From contig CACZJZ010000018.1 in the NCBI GenBank assembly GCA_902781655.1, positions 7,119 to 71,118 of the forward strand: a stretch of 64,000 nt of DNA, in the 5' to 3' direction. Every line of letters starts with the position of its first letter. The stretch's first letter is position 1. The notes beneath the pieces are model-generated. The model had not been told where the DNA came from, ran no database searches, and saw nothing but the letters and a program-made list of their open reading frames with translations. Below are positions 22,113-32,450 of this stretch, one piece after another. The translations under genes and the position numbers were made by a program. The stretch is from an uncultured Lachnospiraceae bacterium. Lineage in GTDB: Bacteria > Bacillota > Clostridia > Lachnospirales > Lachnospiraceae.

Positions 22113-22604
22113 ATGGCAAAGAAAGAAAAGGAAGTCAAAACGAACGCGATGCGGATTCTCGAGCGGGAGAAGATACCCTTCGAGCACTTTTCGTATGAGC
22201 CGGACACCGAATTTGTCGACGGTGTACAGACGGCCGACAAGCTGGGACTGCCGCATGAGATGGTATATAAGACACTGGTGGCGGTGGGATCGGACAGGAA
22301 TCATTATGTGTTTGTCATTCCCATCGAGGCGGAACTCGACCTCAAAAAATGCGCCAGGTCCGTCGGCGTCAAATCCGTGGAGCTGATTCATGTGAAGGAG
22401 CTGTTCGGTCTCACGGGTTATGTGCGCGGCGGCTGCACGGCGATCGGGATGAAGAAACAGTTCGAGACAAGGGTGGATGAGAGCGCACGGCAGCAGACGC
22501 AGATTTACGTGAGCGCCGGACGGATCGGCGCGCAGATCCGGCTTGCACCGGATGATTTTCTCAGGGCGGCGCGGGCGCAGTACGCGGACCTCACGGAGAA
22601 ATAA
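22113..22604 (+). CDS. ybaK: Cys-tRNA(Pro) deacylase
   Basis: KTNAMRIL, VYKTLV, GYVRGGCTAIG. Confidence 0.9.
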   Translation: MAKKEKEVKTNAMRILEREKIPFEHFSYEPDTEFVDGVQTADKLGLPHEMVYKTLVAVGSDRNHYVFVIPIEAELDLKKCARSVGVKSVELIHVKELFGLTGYVRGGCTAIGMKKQFETRVDESARQQTQIYVSAGRIGAQIRLAPDDFLRAARAQYADLTEK

Positions 22605-22681
22605 GCATAGCCTTGCCATACTGGTTTCCGACAGGAATAGGGGAACAGTCCGTGCGGAATGAGGAGGCTGACGGGAGACGG

Positions 22682-23686
22682 ATGGAAAAGACGATACTGA
22701 TTCTGAATACCGGAGGAACGCTCTCTTCTGTGATGAAGGAGAACGGTCTTGCACCCGGGCTGACGACCGCGGATATTCAAAAGGAATTGCACATGGTGTC
22801 TCAGGGAGTCAATCTGGAGATGCAGGACTTCTGGTCGGTCGACAGTGCCAATATCTTTCCGGAGGACTGGGCGGCACTGGCCGCGAAGATCGCCGGCATC
22901 TGGCAGGATTATGACGGTATCGTCGTGATTCATGGCACGGATACCATGGCGTATACCTCGTCTATGCTTTCTTTTATGCTGCTGAACATCAGTATTCCGG
23001 TGGTTCTGACCGGGTCTCAGCTGTCCATGTCGGATCCTGTCGCAGACGCCATGGAGAATCTGCGGTGCGCCATTCATTTTGCCGCGACGGGCTGCGCAGG
23101 CGTCTATGTAGCGTTCAACCGGAAGGTGATGCTGGGCTGCCGCACGTCAAAGGTGCGGTCGTTCTCCTTTGATGCGTTCGACAGCATAAATTATCCTGAG
23201 GCTGCACACATCAGCTCTCTGGGAATGCGGGTCAATGAGGCTGTCCTTCCGAGGCGGAGCGGCGTGTTTCATCTGGAAAACTCGTATTCGGACCGCGTAT
23301 TTCTGCTCAAGATGTTTCCGGGCATTCACCGCGAAATTCTGCGCAGTCTGGCGGGTGCAGGATACCAGGGAATATACATTGAGGCCTATGGCATGGGAGG
23401 CATGCCTTTTCTTAAGCATGATTTCATTGCGGAGATCGCGGATCTGACGGCGCAGGGGATCACCGTGCTGGTCGGCACACAGTGCCGCTATGAGGGGAGT
23501 ACACTCAGCGTCTATGAGACGGGCAGGCGCGCGCTGGAGGCAGGCTGTCTGCAGGCGTTTGACATGACCGGCGAGGCGGCACTGACAAAACTGATGTGGG
23601 TCCTCGGGAAGACGAAGGATCCGCAGGAGATTCGGGATTATTTCTCGGTCAGTCTCTGCAGCGAGGTCTCTGCAGGTGTATACTGA
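22682..23686 (+). CDS. ansA: L-asparaginase, cytoplasmic type
   Basis: NTGGTL, HGTDTMAY and TGSQ motifs. Confidence 0.88.
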   Translation: MEKTILILNTGGTLSSVMKENGLAPGLTTADIQKELHMVSQGVNLEMQDFWSVDSANIFPEDWAALAAKIAGIWQDYDGIVVIHGTDTMAYTSSMLSFMLLNISIPVVLTGSQLSMSDPVADAMENLRCAIHFAATGCAGVYVAFNRKVMLGCRTSKVRSFSFDAFDSINYPEAAHISSLGMRVNEAVLPRRSGVFHLENSYSDRVFLLKMFPGIHREILRSLAGAGYQGIYIEAYGMGGMPFLKHDFIAEIADLTAQGITVLVGTQCRYEGSTLSVYETGRRALEAGCLQAFDMTGEAALTKLMWVLGKTKDPQEIRDYFSVSLCSEVSAGVY

Positions 23687-23719
23687 AGAAACAAAAGCTA
23701 TAAATCAGGAGGCATCAAA

Positions 23720-24907
23720 ATGGGTAGAAGAGTAGTACTTGCCGGAGCCTGCAGAACGGCCATCGGCAAAATGGGTGGGACGCTCAGCACAACTCCGGCC
23801 CCGGCACTGGGTACGATCGTGATCAGGGAAGCACTGAAGCGTGCCGGCGTCCGTCCGGATCAGGTCGATGAGGTCTACATGGGCAATGTCATCCAGGCCG
23901 GACTCGGTCAGAATCCGGCCCGCCAGGCAGCTGTCAACGCGGGAATTCCAGTTGAGGTGCCCGCGACCACGATCAATGTGCTCTGCGGATCCGGTCTGCA
24001 CTGCGTCAATCTGGCCGCAAAGCTGATCTCCATGGGAGACGCCGATATCATTGTCGCCGGCGGTATGGAAAATATGTCCATGGCACCGTATCTGCTGTAC
24101 GGCGGGCGCTACGGATACCGCATGGGTTCCGCGACGATCGACGATGCGATGATCAAGGACGCTCTGACGGACGCGTTCGGCGGCTATCACATGGGCATCA
24201 CTGCGGAGAACATTGCGCACGACTGGCATCTGACCCGGGAGGAGCTGGACGAATTCGCAGCATGGTCCCAGCAGAAGGCGGAGAAGGCCATCAAGAGCGG
24301 CGCTTTCAAGGACGAGATCGTTCCAGTCACGGTGAAGTCAAAGAAGCAGGAAATTGTGTTTGACACGGATGAGGGTCCGCGTTTCGGGACAACCGTGGAG
24401 ACACTGGCAAAGCTAAAGCCGGCGTTCCTCAAGGATGGCACCGGCGTGGTCACGGCAGGCAATTCCTCCGGAATCAATGATGCGGCTTCCGCCATCGTCG
24501 TCATGAGTGAGGAAAAGGCCAAGGAGCTTGGAAGCGAGATTCTCGGCTACTGGGTCGGCGGCGAGCTTGCCGGTGTGGAACCGCGCATCATGGGAATTGG
24601 TCCGGTCGCTGCCACGAAGAAGGTCTGCGCGAAGACCGGATACAAAGTCGCGGATTTTAATCTCATTGAGGCGAATGAAGCGTTTGCGGCGCAGTCTGTG
24701 GCAGTTGCAAAGGAGCTGGGATTTGACAGGAGCAAACTCAACATCAACGGCGGCGCGATCGCGCTCGGCCATCCGGTCGGATGCTCCGGAAACCGCATTC
24801 TTGTCACGCTGCTCTATGAAATGAAGAAGGCGGGCGCACACAAGGGTCTTGCAACACTCTGTGTCGGCGGAGGCATGGGCTGCGCGGCCATCGTGGAGAG
24901 ACCCTGA
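23720..24907 (+). CDS. thl: Acetyl-CoA acetyltransferase (second thiolase paralogue)
   Basis: [35 protein letters not shown]. Confidence 0.93.
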   Translation: MGRRVVLAGACRTAIGKMGGTLSTTPAPALGTIVIREALKRAGVRPDQVDEVYMGNVIQAGLGQNPARQAAVNAGIPVEVPATTINVLCGSGLHCVNLAAKLISMGDADIIVAGGMENMSMAPYLLYGGRYGYRMGSATIDDAMIKDALTDAFGGYHMGITAENIAHDWHLTREELDEFAAWSQQKAEKAIKSGAFKDEIVPVTVKSKKQEIVFDTDEGPRFGTTVETLAKLKPAFLKDGTGVVTAGNSSGINDAASAIVVMSEEKAKELGSEILGYWVGGELAGVEPRIMGIGPVAATKKVCAKTGYKVADFNLIEANEAFAAQSVAVAKELGFDRSKLNINGGAIALGHPVGCSGNRILVTLLYEMKKAGAHKGLATLCVGGGMGCAAIVERP

Positions 24908-24981
24908 GCGGCCATCCCGGCGGGAACAGGTCTGGCACGGAAAATGGGATAATGGAATGATTCAAACGAAAAAACATACCA

Positions 24982-25010
24982 TTGACAGATCCTGAAGTTT
25001 TTCGTACAAT
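24982..25010 (+). promoter_or_regulatory. Sigma-70-type promoter of tRNA-Arg
   Basis: TTGACA-17 nt-TACAAT. Confidence 0.75.
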
Positions 25011-25046
25011 AATCTTCGCTGTCGGGGTTCCGGCGGCGGAGAATGT

Positions 25047-25120
25047 GCGTGCGTAGCTCAGCTGGATAGAGCGTCTGGCTACGGACCAGAAGGTCGCGAG
25101 TTCGAATCTTGTCGCACGCA
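25047..25120 (+). tRNA. tRNA-Arg(ACG)
   Basis: GCGTGCG/CGCACGC acceptor stem, CT-ACG-GA loop, TTCGAAT T-loop. Confidence 0.95.
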
Positions 25121-25140
25121 TTACCCCATATGATTTCACA

Positions 25141-25182
25141 ACAGGAAAACTCCCGGAGCGGCCGCTCCGGGAGTTTTCCTGT
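25141..25182. terminator. Perfect 42-bp palindrome, probable bidirectional terminator
   Basis: ACAGGAAAACTCCCGGAGCGGCCGCTCCGGGAGTTTTCCTGT lies between convergent tRNA-Arg and cbp. Confidence 0.7.
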
Positions 25183-25241
25183 TTAAGGTTAAAAAAGCCC
25201 GGACGGTTTTCTGAAATGAAAACCTGTCCGGGACAGTTCTG

Positions 25242-27692
25242 TCAGCCCATGACGACGGTCACGTCGACGGACTTCTTCGAAGCATCAAACGGAATGACAT
25301 TTCCGCTGATCCGGGTGCCGTCCACAGTCATTTCCTTTACGCCCTTTTCGACATGATCGGGATTGGAGACGCTGATGTTATATTCCACGCCGCGGAATAC
25401 GCGGTGGATGCGGAAATCGCCGAAATCCGCCGGCACGCAGGGGTCAATCCGGAGACCTCTGTGGGTCGGAGCGATGCCCAGAATATACTGGGAAACATCA
25501 AGGAAGGTCCACGCGGCGGTGCCTGTCAGCCAGCTGTTTTTGCCCTCGCCGAAGTACTTTGCCTCCTTGCCTGCGACCATCTGGCAGTATACATAGGGTT
25601 CGGTCCGGTGAATCTCGGAAATATCCTCGGTATAAGCCGGGCAGGTCTTGCGGTAGATGTCAAACGCCCGGTTGCCGTGCCCGAGAACGGTCTCGGCGAT
25701 CGATACCCAGGGGTTGTTGTGGCAGAAGATGCCGCCGTTTTCCTTGTATCCCGGCGGATAGCTCGAGATTTCTCCGAGTTCCAGGTGATACCGCTTGTAC
25801 GCAGGCCAAAGGATGCAGATGCCGTATTTCGTGTCGAGCAGCTCCTCCACGGACCGGAGCGCGGTCTCCGCCTGGCCGGTCTCGACGCCGCAGCCAGCCA
25901 GCACACAGAAGCCCTGCGGCTCGATGAAGATTTTGCCGTCCTCACATTCGTCCGACCCGACCTTATCGCCGTGCGCATCGTATGCCCGGAGGAACCAGCG
26001 GCCGTCCCAGCCTGCGGTCAGAACCGCCTCATTCATATCCCGGACCGCGCTGCGTGCTCTTGCCGCTTCCTTCTCATCGCCGCGCACTTCACAGAGCTCG
26101 GCATATTCTTCGCCGTATTTCACAAACATGCCGCCGATGAAGACGGACTCGGCCACCGGCCCCTCGGAAGGGCCGAAAGTCTGGAAGGACTCGCCGGGAT
26201 GCGCGGAGAAGCAGTTGAGATTCAGGCAGTCGTTCCAGTCGGCGCGGCCGATGAGCGGAAGCCCGTGCGGACCGCGATGATTGATTGTGAAGTCGAGGGA
26301 CCGCTTCAGATGCTCCATCAGACTGGTCGCCACAGACATATCGTTGTCGTAGGGAACGGTCTCATCCAGAATGGAATAGTCGCCGGTCTCACGGGTGTAC
26401 GCGCTGACCGCAGCAATCAGCCACAGCGGATCGTCGTTGAAGCCGGAGCCGATGCCGGCGTTGCCCTTCTTCGTGAGGGGCTGATACTGATGGTAGGCGG
26501 AACCGTTCTGGAACTGCGTGGAGGCGATATCGATGATGCGTTCCCTTGCTCTCTCAGGGATCAGATGGACGAAGCCGAGGAGATCCTGACAGGAGTCGCG
26601 GAAGCCCATGCCACGTCCGATGCCGGATTCAAAATAAGACGCTGACCGGCTCATGTTGAAGGTCACCATGCATTGGTACTGGTTCCAGATGTTGACCATC
26701 CGATTCACCTTGTCGTTGCCGGACTCCAGGTGGAAGCGGCCGAGAAGATTCTTCCAGTATGAACGGAGCTCCTCGAAGCTGGCCTCAACCTGTGCGTCTG
26801 TCTGATAGCGGCTGAGCATCTCGTGGGCTCTTGTCTTGTTAATAATTTCATCCCGCGCGGTTGTGCCTGCCGCCCACTTTTCGTCCTCCGGATTTTCGAT
26901 GTAGCCGAGGATAAACTCAAAGGTTTTCGTTTCGCCCGGCGCAAGGGTGACATTGATCTGCTGCGCCGCGATCGGGGACCAGCCGCTGCAGACGGAGCCG
27001 CGGCAGCCGCCGCTCAGAATTGCCTCGGGCTGATCGGCGCCGTTGTACATCCCGATAAATTCCGAACGAATGGTATCAAAGCCGTCGATCGGGCAGTTTA
27101 CAGAACGGATGGCGTAGTGATTGCGCCGCTCGCGATACTCGGTCTTGTGGTAGATCGTGGACCCCTCGATCTCTACCTCGCCGGTGGAGAGATTGCGCTG
27201 GAAATTCTCGCAGTCGTCGGACGCGTTCCACAGACACCACTCCACATAGGAGTAGAGCTGCACGGATTTTGTCTCCGGGGAGTCGTTCGTCAGCTTCACC
27301 TGATCGATCTGGCAGGCGTCGCGAAGCGGAACGAAGGAGAGCACCGACGCAGTGATGCCGTTCTTACGCCCGGTGAAGCGGCTGTAGCCGAGACCGTGCC
27401 TGCACTCATAGAAGTCCAGATCGGTTCTGGTCGGCTGCCAGGCCGGGTTCCAGAGAGTATCTCCGTCCTTGATATAAAAATACCGGCCGTTGTTGTCGTA
27501 GGGCACGTTGTTGTAGCGGTAGCGCGTGAGCCGGAGCAGCTTGGCATCCTTATAAAAGGAATAGCCGCCCATTGTGTTGGAGATCAGACTGAAAAAGTCT
27601 CTGGTTCCGAGATAATTGATCCAGGGCAGAGGCGTTTTCGGAGTGGTGATGACATACTCCTGATCTGCATCGTCAAAATATCCGAATTTCAT
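25242..27692 (-). CDS. cbpA: Cellobiose phosphorylase (GH94)
   Basis: MKFGYFDD...[10 protein letters not shown] start, [37 protein letters not shown]; about 816 aa. Confidence 0.9.
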   Translation of the reverse strand: MKFGYFDDADQEYVITTPKTPLPWINYLGTRDFFSLISNTMGGYSFYKDAKLLRLTRYRYNNVPYDNNGRYFYIKDGDTLWNPAWQPTRTDLDFYECRHGLGYSRFTGRKNGITASVLSFVPLRDACQIDQVKLTNDSPETKSVQLYSYVEWCLWNASDDCENFQRNLSTGEVEIEGSTIYHKTEYRERRNHYAIRSVNCPIDGFDTIRSEFIGMYNGADQPEAILSGGCRGSVCSGWSPIAAQQINVTLAPGETKTFEFILGYIENPEDEKWAAGTTARDEIINKTRAHEMLSRYQTDAQVEASFEELRSYWKNLLGRFHLESGNDKVNRMVNIWNQYQCMVTFNMSRSASYFESGIGRGMGFRDSCQDLLGFVHLIPERARERIIDIASTQFQNGSAYHQYQPLTKKGNAGIGSGFNDDPLWLIAAVSAYTRETGDYSILDETVPYDNDMSVATSLMEHLKRSLDFTINHRGPHGLPLIGRADWNDCLNLNCFSAHPGESFQTFGPSEGPVAESVFIGGMFVKYGEEYAELCEVRGDEKEAARARSAVRDMNEAVLTAGWDGRWFLRAYDAHGDKVGSDECEDGKIFIEPQGFCVLAGCGVETGQAETALRSVEELLDTKYGICILWPAYKRYHLELGEISSYPPGYKENGGIFCHNNPWVSIAETVLGHGNRAFDIYRKTCPAYTEDISEIHRTEPYVYCQMVAGKEAKYFGEGKNSWLTGTAAWTFLDVSQYILGIAPTHRGLRIDPCVPADFGDFRIHRVFRGVEYNISVSNPDHVEKGVKEMTVDGTRISGNVIPFDASKKSVDVTVVMG

Positions 27693-27857
27693 ACTCTCTT
27701 CCTGTTGTCCTTTCTGCCGCGGATGCGCGGCACTGAGAGAGGAACCTGCCTGCGTGGAGGGTTCCTGATGAATGAGCGTTAAAAATGCCGGGCTGATGTC
27801 CATGACTGCCGCGCCTGTGATGTCCATTGCTGCGGCCTGCTCTCTGCCCGTTCTTTG

Positions 27858-27869
27858 TTAAACGTTTAA
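27858..27869. promoter_or_regulatory. Candidate LacI-family operator
   Basis: TTAAACGTTTAA palindrome in the cbp/LacI intergenic region. A second LacI-like site, CGAAAACGATTGCG, is at 28099-28112. Confidence 0.5.
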
Positions 27870-28145
27870 GGAACGCAATAGAAAGCTTCGCCACAAATTA
27901 TACAACGGGTGATTTTGGGAATGCAACTGAAACTGATGGCGGTGCCGATGAACTGCAGGCAGATATCTCTGAAATTATGTGCATTATGTTTGAATATGGC
28001 ACGAAATAAATAAATATATTGTTCAAAACGACATTTTATATTGAGATGCTGCCTTGCAATATCCTTCTATTTGTAATACTATTTTCGGAAGGAAGGTCCG
28101 AAAACGATTGCGAAATCCGGGCTGCAATGCATAAGGGGGAAAAGC

Positions 28146-29165
28146 ATGGTTTCATTGAAGGATATTTCTGCCGCGTGCGGCGTTTCCATAGCGACGGTCA
28201 GCAAAGCCCTCAATCATCACACGGATATCAGTGAGGAAACCCGGGCAAATGTCCTGCGTGTGGCCAATGAGATGGGGTACTATCCGAACTCCGCGGCTAA
28301 GGCACTGAAGACCAACCGCACCCACAACATCGGTGTTTTGTTCGTGGACAATGCACAGAGCGGACTGACGCATGATTTTTTTGCCTATATTCTCAACAGC
28401 TTCAAGGAGAGCGCCGAGGCGAGAGGATATGATCTGACCTTTATTAACAGCAACAAGACAAGGCCGAACAAGATGTCCTATCTGGCACATGCCAGGTACC
28501 GCGGGTTTGACGGCGTATGCATCGCGTGCGTCAATTTTTATGACCCAGAGGTGATCGAGCTGGTGCGCAGTGACATCCCGATCGTGACAATTGACCATAT
28601 GTTTAACAACCGGACAGCCATTCTCTCGGACAATGTCAGGGGAATGCACGACCTGCTGACCTATGTCTACGGGAAAGGGCACCGCCGGATCGCCTATATC
28701 CACGGAGAGGAAAACTCGGCGGTCACGCACAGCCGGCTCTCCAGCTTCTTTCGAACGGCGGATGAGCTTGGGCTGACGGTTCCTGATGATTATATCAAAG
28801 AGGCGCCGTACCGTTCGACCAGGGAAACTGAGCAGCGCACGGCGGAGCTGCTGGACCTGCCGGAGCCGCCGACCTGCATTCTGTACCCGGATGATTTCTC
28901 GGCGTTCGGAGGAATGAATGCCATCACGGAGCGCGGATTGTCTGTGCCTGGCGATGTCTCTATCGCGGGGTACGACGGCATCCGGATTGCCCGTCACATC
29001 GAGCCGCAGCTCACGACCATCCGGCAGGACACGCAGCGGATGGGCAGGGAAGCGGCCGATGAGCTGATTGAACTCATCGAACATCCGAAGACCACACTGG
29101 TCAAGCAGATCATTGTCGAGGGAAGCGTCTACGAAGGCGGAACGGTGAAGGACATCCGCGTGTAA
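28146..29165 (+). CDS. LacI-family transcriptional regulator
   Basis: SLKDISAACGVSIATVSKALN HTH, PQLTTIRQ; divergent from cbp. Confidence 0.93.
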   Translation: MVSLKDISAACGVSIATVSKALNHHTDISEETRANVLRVANEMGYYPNSAAKALKTNRTHNIGVLFVDNAQSGLTHDFFAYILNSFKESAEARGYDLTFINSNKTRPNKMSYLAHARYRGFDGVCIACVNFYDPEVIELVRSDIPIVTIDHMFNNRTAILSDNVRGMHDLLTYVYGKGHRRIAYIHGEENSAVTHSRLSSFFRTADELGLTVPDDYIKEAPYRSTRETEQRTAELLDLPEPPTCILYPDDFSAFGGMNAITERGLSVPGDVSIAGYDGIRIARHIEPQLTTIRQDTQRMGREAADELIELIEHPKTTLVKQIIVEGSVYEGGTVKDIRV

Positions 29166-29303
29166 GGAAGAAACGCCGACCCCCATTCCGCAGCCGGGCT
29201 TGCCTGTATTCTGGCATCGCCCGGATTTCAGTATCGCGGGAGGATCAGCAGCCTGCCGCCCGCGGCGAACGGCCGCCGGGCGACTGGAACTGCATCGGAG
29301 GAA

Positions 29304-30851
29304 TCAAAGGGTGTAGTCGAACTGCTCCTCCCCGAACTCGTGGTGATGAAAGGAGAGGAGAAGCTGAAGGCAGACAGGGCGGCGGTGCTCCTCGCAGAAG
29401 GAAATCGCGTCCAGCACCTGCGCCTGGCTTAATATATGCAGAGAGAGGACCTGGCGGAGTACGCCGGGGTCATCTCTCCGGGTCATTTCAGACAGCAGAT
29501 CGGGGAGGTTAGCCGTGAGCCAGCCGCGGTAGAATTCCTCCCGTCCGGAGGACAGGTCAATCGGCCAGGCGAGACGGCTGATGGCGATGGCGGCCCGCTC
29601 CATCGCGCCTGCATAGGTTTCAAACAGGCAGTCGTACGCGCGGAACTGAAAGAGCGTGCCCGGATCGGGCTCAAACACAAGCTTCTGTCCGAGACAGACG
29701 AGATCCTTTGCCTGGGGCAGAAACAGCGCCTCGATATCATCCTTTCGAAAGACCACGTCGGGAAAGAGGACGGATGCTGGCGCCGCCATGCCGGCAGCTT
29801 CGCCGGGATCAAAATCAAATCGTTCCAATTTACTGTTCCCGGTGAATGCGGACGGCTCAACCTGCCGGACGGAGGCGGGAAAACGGATGGCTCTCAGATC
29901 TGTCCGATGAAAGGCTCCGGTGCGGATCACGGTGACCGGTGCCGGGATGGTGTACTGCGTATCGTGGCCGAAGTAGCGAACGAGACAGCAGGCGTCTCCG
30001 TCCCGAAGCAGCAGAGAAGAACTCTCGATGGAGCAGGCGCCGCCGTGAGTGCGGATTGGAATGAGGCTGTCCACCTGATCGTTCCACCCGCTGTTTTCCA
30101 GCGCCGCCTCGCCGATCCGGCGGACGGAGGCGGGGAGGTCAAAGCAGGTGAGCGCGGGACAGTCCCGGAATGCGTGATCGCCGATTGTCTCTAAAGTATC
30201 CGGCAGGGTCAGCTCCCGCAGGTGGGACTGCCCCTCGAATGCCTGCGTGCCGATTTCTACAGTGCCCGGCAGTACGGCGTAGGAGGAGCGCTCCGAGGCG
30301 GAGGAAACGGAGATAAGACGGAGAGGCGCCGCCGGGCCGACTGGACCGTCGTACTCTGTCAGCCTCTCGTAAAGAGCATACCCGTCTGCCACGAATCTGC
30401 CCTGGACTGATCTGTCGGGCGATCCGTTCGGTCCGTGCGGTGTTCCCGGATCCTGATCGGTCTTCACCCGCAGTGCATTCAGCAGATACGGCCTGTCGAT
30501 CCGACGCACACTGGCGGGCAGCGTAAGCTCTTCCATGGAACCGCAGAAGGAGAGAAAACCGCCGCCGATCGTTTCCACGCCATGGCCAAGATCGAGCAAC
30601 TCCAGCAGGTAGCAGTAGGCAAAGGCCTCTTCGCCGACTGAGCGGATGGTATCCGGTAGGTGGATCTCCATAAGCGTCGTGCCTTTGTCGGAGAATGCTC
30701 TCGGTTCGATGGCAGTCACAGTAGCACCGCCAAGGGTATCCGGCACCAGAATGGACAGAGAATCTGACGAGGCGGGAAGGCCCAGAAAGCGGGTGATTAC
30801 CGCTCCATCCCGCCGCACTTCATATTCAAACAGCTGATCTTCTGAAATCAT
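29304..30851 (-). CDS. BspA-type leucine-rich repeat protein with a helical C-terminal domain
   Basis: Repeated LPDTI/L..IG..AF motifs. Confidence 0.8.
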   Translation of the reverse strand: MISEDQLFEYEVRRDGAVITRFLGLPASSDSLSILVPDTLGGATVTAIEPRAFSDKGTTLMEIHLPDTIRSVGEEAFAYCYLLELLDLGHGVETIGGGFLSFCGSMEELTLPASVRRIDRPYLLNALRVKTDQDPGTPHGPNGSPDRSVQGRFVADGYALYERLTEYDGPVGPAAPLRLISVSSASERSSYAVLPGTVEIGTQAFEGQSHLRELTLPDTLETIGDHAFRDCPALTCFDLPASVRRIGEAALENSGWNDQVDSLIPIRTHGGACSIESSSLLLRDGDACCLVRYFGHDTQYTIPAPVTVIRTGAFHRTDLRAIRFPASVRQVEPSAFTGNSKLERFDFDPGEAAGMAAPASVLFPDVVFRKDDIEALFLPQAKDLVCLGQKLVFEPDPGTLFQFRAYDCLFETYAGAMERAAIAISRLAWPIDLSSGREEFYRGWLTANLPDLLSEMTRRDDPGVLRQVLSLHILSQAQVLDAISFCEEHRRPVCLQLLLSFHHHEFGEEQFDYTL

Positions 30852-30860
30852 GGCAATACC

Positions 30861-32411
30861 TTATTGCAGGGCCGGCGCGTCTCCGAGCAGGGAGGGGTCG
30901 ATGGCATCGAGTTCGCGGGAGAGCGCCTCGCCGCGGTCATAAATTTCGTATTTTTTCGCATACCGGAAATAGCTGTCACAGTGGTGCGAGGAGAGAAAAC
31001 GCACGGTGTCCCGATTTACAGAGAGGTTGGTCGTGAGAAGCAGCATTTCGTTGCCCTGTCCGAATACCTCATCCACAAAGGAGAAGAGGTGATTCAGGTG
31101 CTGCTCTGCAGCCTGTGCGTTCTGTTTCATCTGATTGACCGCCCTGGTGTATTCTTCCCGGATTTTTTCAAATGCAGCTGGTCCGTCTGTGGCCTCGGTC
31201 AGTCCCTGCTGACGGAGCAAGTCGGCCAGTTCGTCCAGCAGATCGGCCAGGGCCTGGGACTGACGCTCCTTTTCGGGGGAGAGCGCGCCTGCCATACGGC
31301 TCTGACTGCACTCTTCCTCGACTGCACTTCTGTGATCATTCAGTACAGCATCCGGCGTCCGGGTTCCCTCTGCCATCTCCTCCTTTGTACTCCGAAGCAT
31401 CGGGAGAACCCGGCGCAGCGTATCGTCGCGGCGCTGCACAGTCCGGATTTCACCCTGGACTGCATCAGTCAACAGGCCGAGAAGGGAGACACGCTCATCG
31501 AAGCCGGCAGCCTTTGCACGCCGGCAGAGTTCGCGGGAAGCGCGGCCTTCCAGAATTTCCGGCACCTGATATTCTTCGCGATATTTCTTGTACAGCTCAT
31601 AGTATGTGGCAAACTGGCGCGCGATTTTCTTGCTGCGGATGTACTGCAGAACGAGGGCATCGTCAACCGGGAAGTCATGTTCCTCGTAGAGCCGCATGGC
31701 ATCGGACAGGTCTTCCCAGCCTCGCGCTGTGCAATAGGTTTTGCCATCGACTGTGTTCTCAATCCGGTAGAAGTCGTCGCTGCGGATATCGAGGTAGGTC
31801 AGGATGGCGGGATGAATGTCGCGCTCCACAGCGTAGGCACGCCAGACGCGGTAATCGGGATCGACCTCAAGGATCTTGAGACGGTCCATCATGGCAATAT
31901 CAAATTCCCGCACGGAGCGGTTAAACTGCGGCGGATTTCCGGCTGTGACGATAATCCAGCCATCCGGAACCCGGTGCGTACCGAAGGTCTTATACTGCAG
32001 AAACTGCAGCATGGCGGGCGCCAGAGTCTCGGACACGCAGTTGATTTCGTCGAGGAACAGGATGCCCTGACGCCTGCCGCTGCGGGCCATGGATTCATAG
32101 ACGGCGGCAATGATCTCGCTCATGGTGTACTCGGTCACCTGAAAGGTCTGTCCGTCATATTCCACATCCCGGATCTGAGGCAGACCCAGAGCGCTCTGCC
32201 GGGTGTGATGTGTCATCGAATAAGAGACCAGACCGATCCCGAGCTCCGAGGCAATCTGTTCCATAATCGCCGTCTTACCGATTCCGGGCGAACCGATCAT
32301 GAAGATCGGGCGCTGACGCTGTACAGGAATCTTGTACTGCCCATGGGCGTCCTTTTCCAGATAGATGGTGATGGTCTGACGAATCTGTTCCTTTGCTTCC
32401 TGAATGTTCAT
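30861..32411 (-). CDS. MoxR-like AAA+ ATPase
   Basis: GSPGIGKT Walker A, ILFLDEIN Walker B, IVTAGNP. Confidence 0.85.
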   Translation of the reverse strand: MNIQEAKEQIRQTITIYLEKDAHGQYKIPVQRQRPIFMIGSPGIGKTAIMEQIASELGIGLVSYSMTHHTRQSALGLPQIRDVEYDGQTFQVTEYTMSEIIAAVYESMARSGRRQGILFLDEINCVSETLAPAMLQFLQYKTFGTHRVPDGWIIVTAGNPPQFNRSVREFDIAMMDRLKILEVDPDYRVWRAYAVERDIHPAILTYLDIRSDDFYRIENTVDGKTYCTARGWEDLSDAMRLYEEHDFPVDDALVLQYIRSKKIARQFATYYELYKKYREEYQVPEILEGRASRELCRRAKAAGFDERVSLLGLLTDAVQGEIRTVQRRDDTLRRVLPMLRSTKEEMAEGTRTPDAVLNDHRSAVEEECSQSRMAGALSPEKERQSQALADLLDELADLLRQQGLTEATDGPAAFEKIREEYTRAVNQMKQNAQAAEQHLNHLFSFVDEVFGQGNEMLLLTTNLSVNRDTVRFLSSHHCDSYFRYAKKYEIYDRGEALSRELDAIDPSLLGDAPALQ

Positions 32412-32450
32412 GTTATACCTCGCTGTGCTGCGTCTTTTACGGTATCCGTG

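Noticed and set aside
27794-27839. Short imperfect tandem TGATGTCCAT duplication upstream of cbp
   Set aside because: Two degenerate copies only, with no evidence of function.
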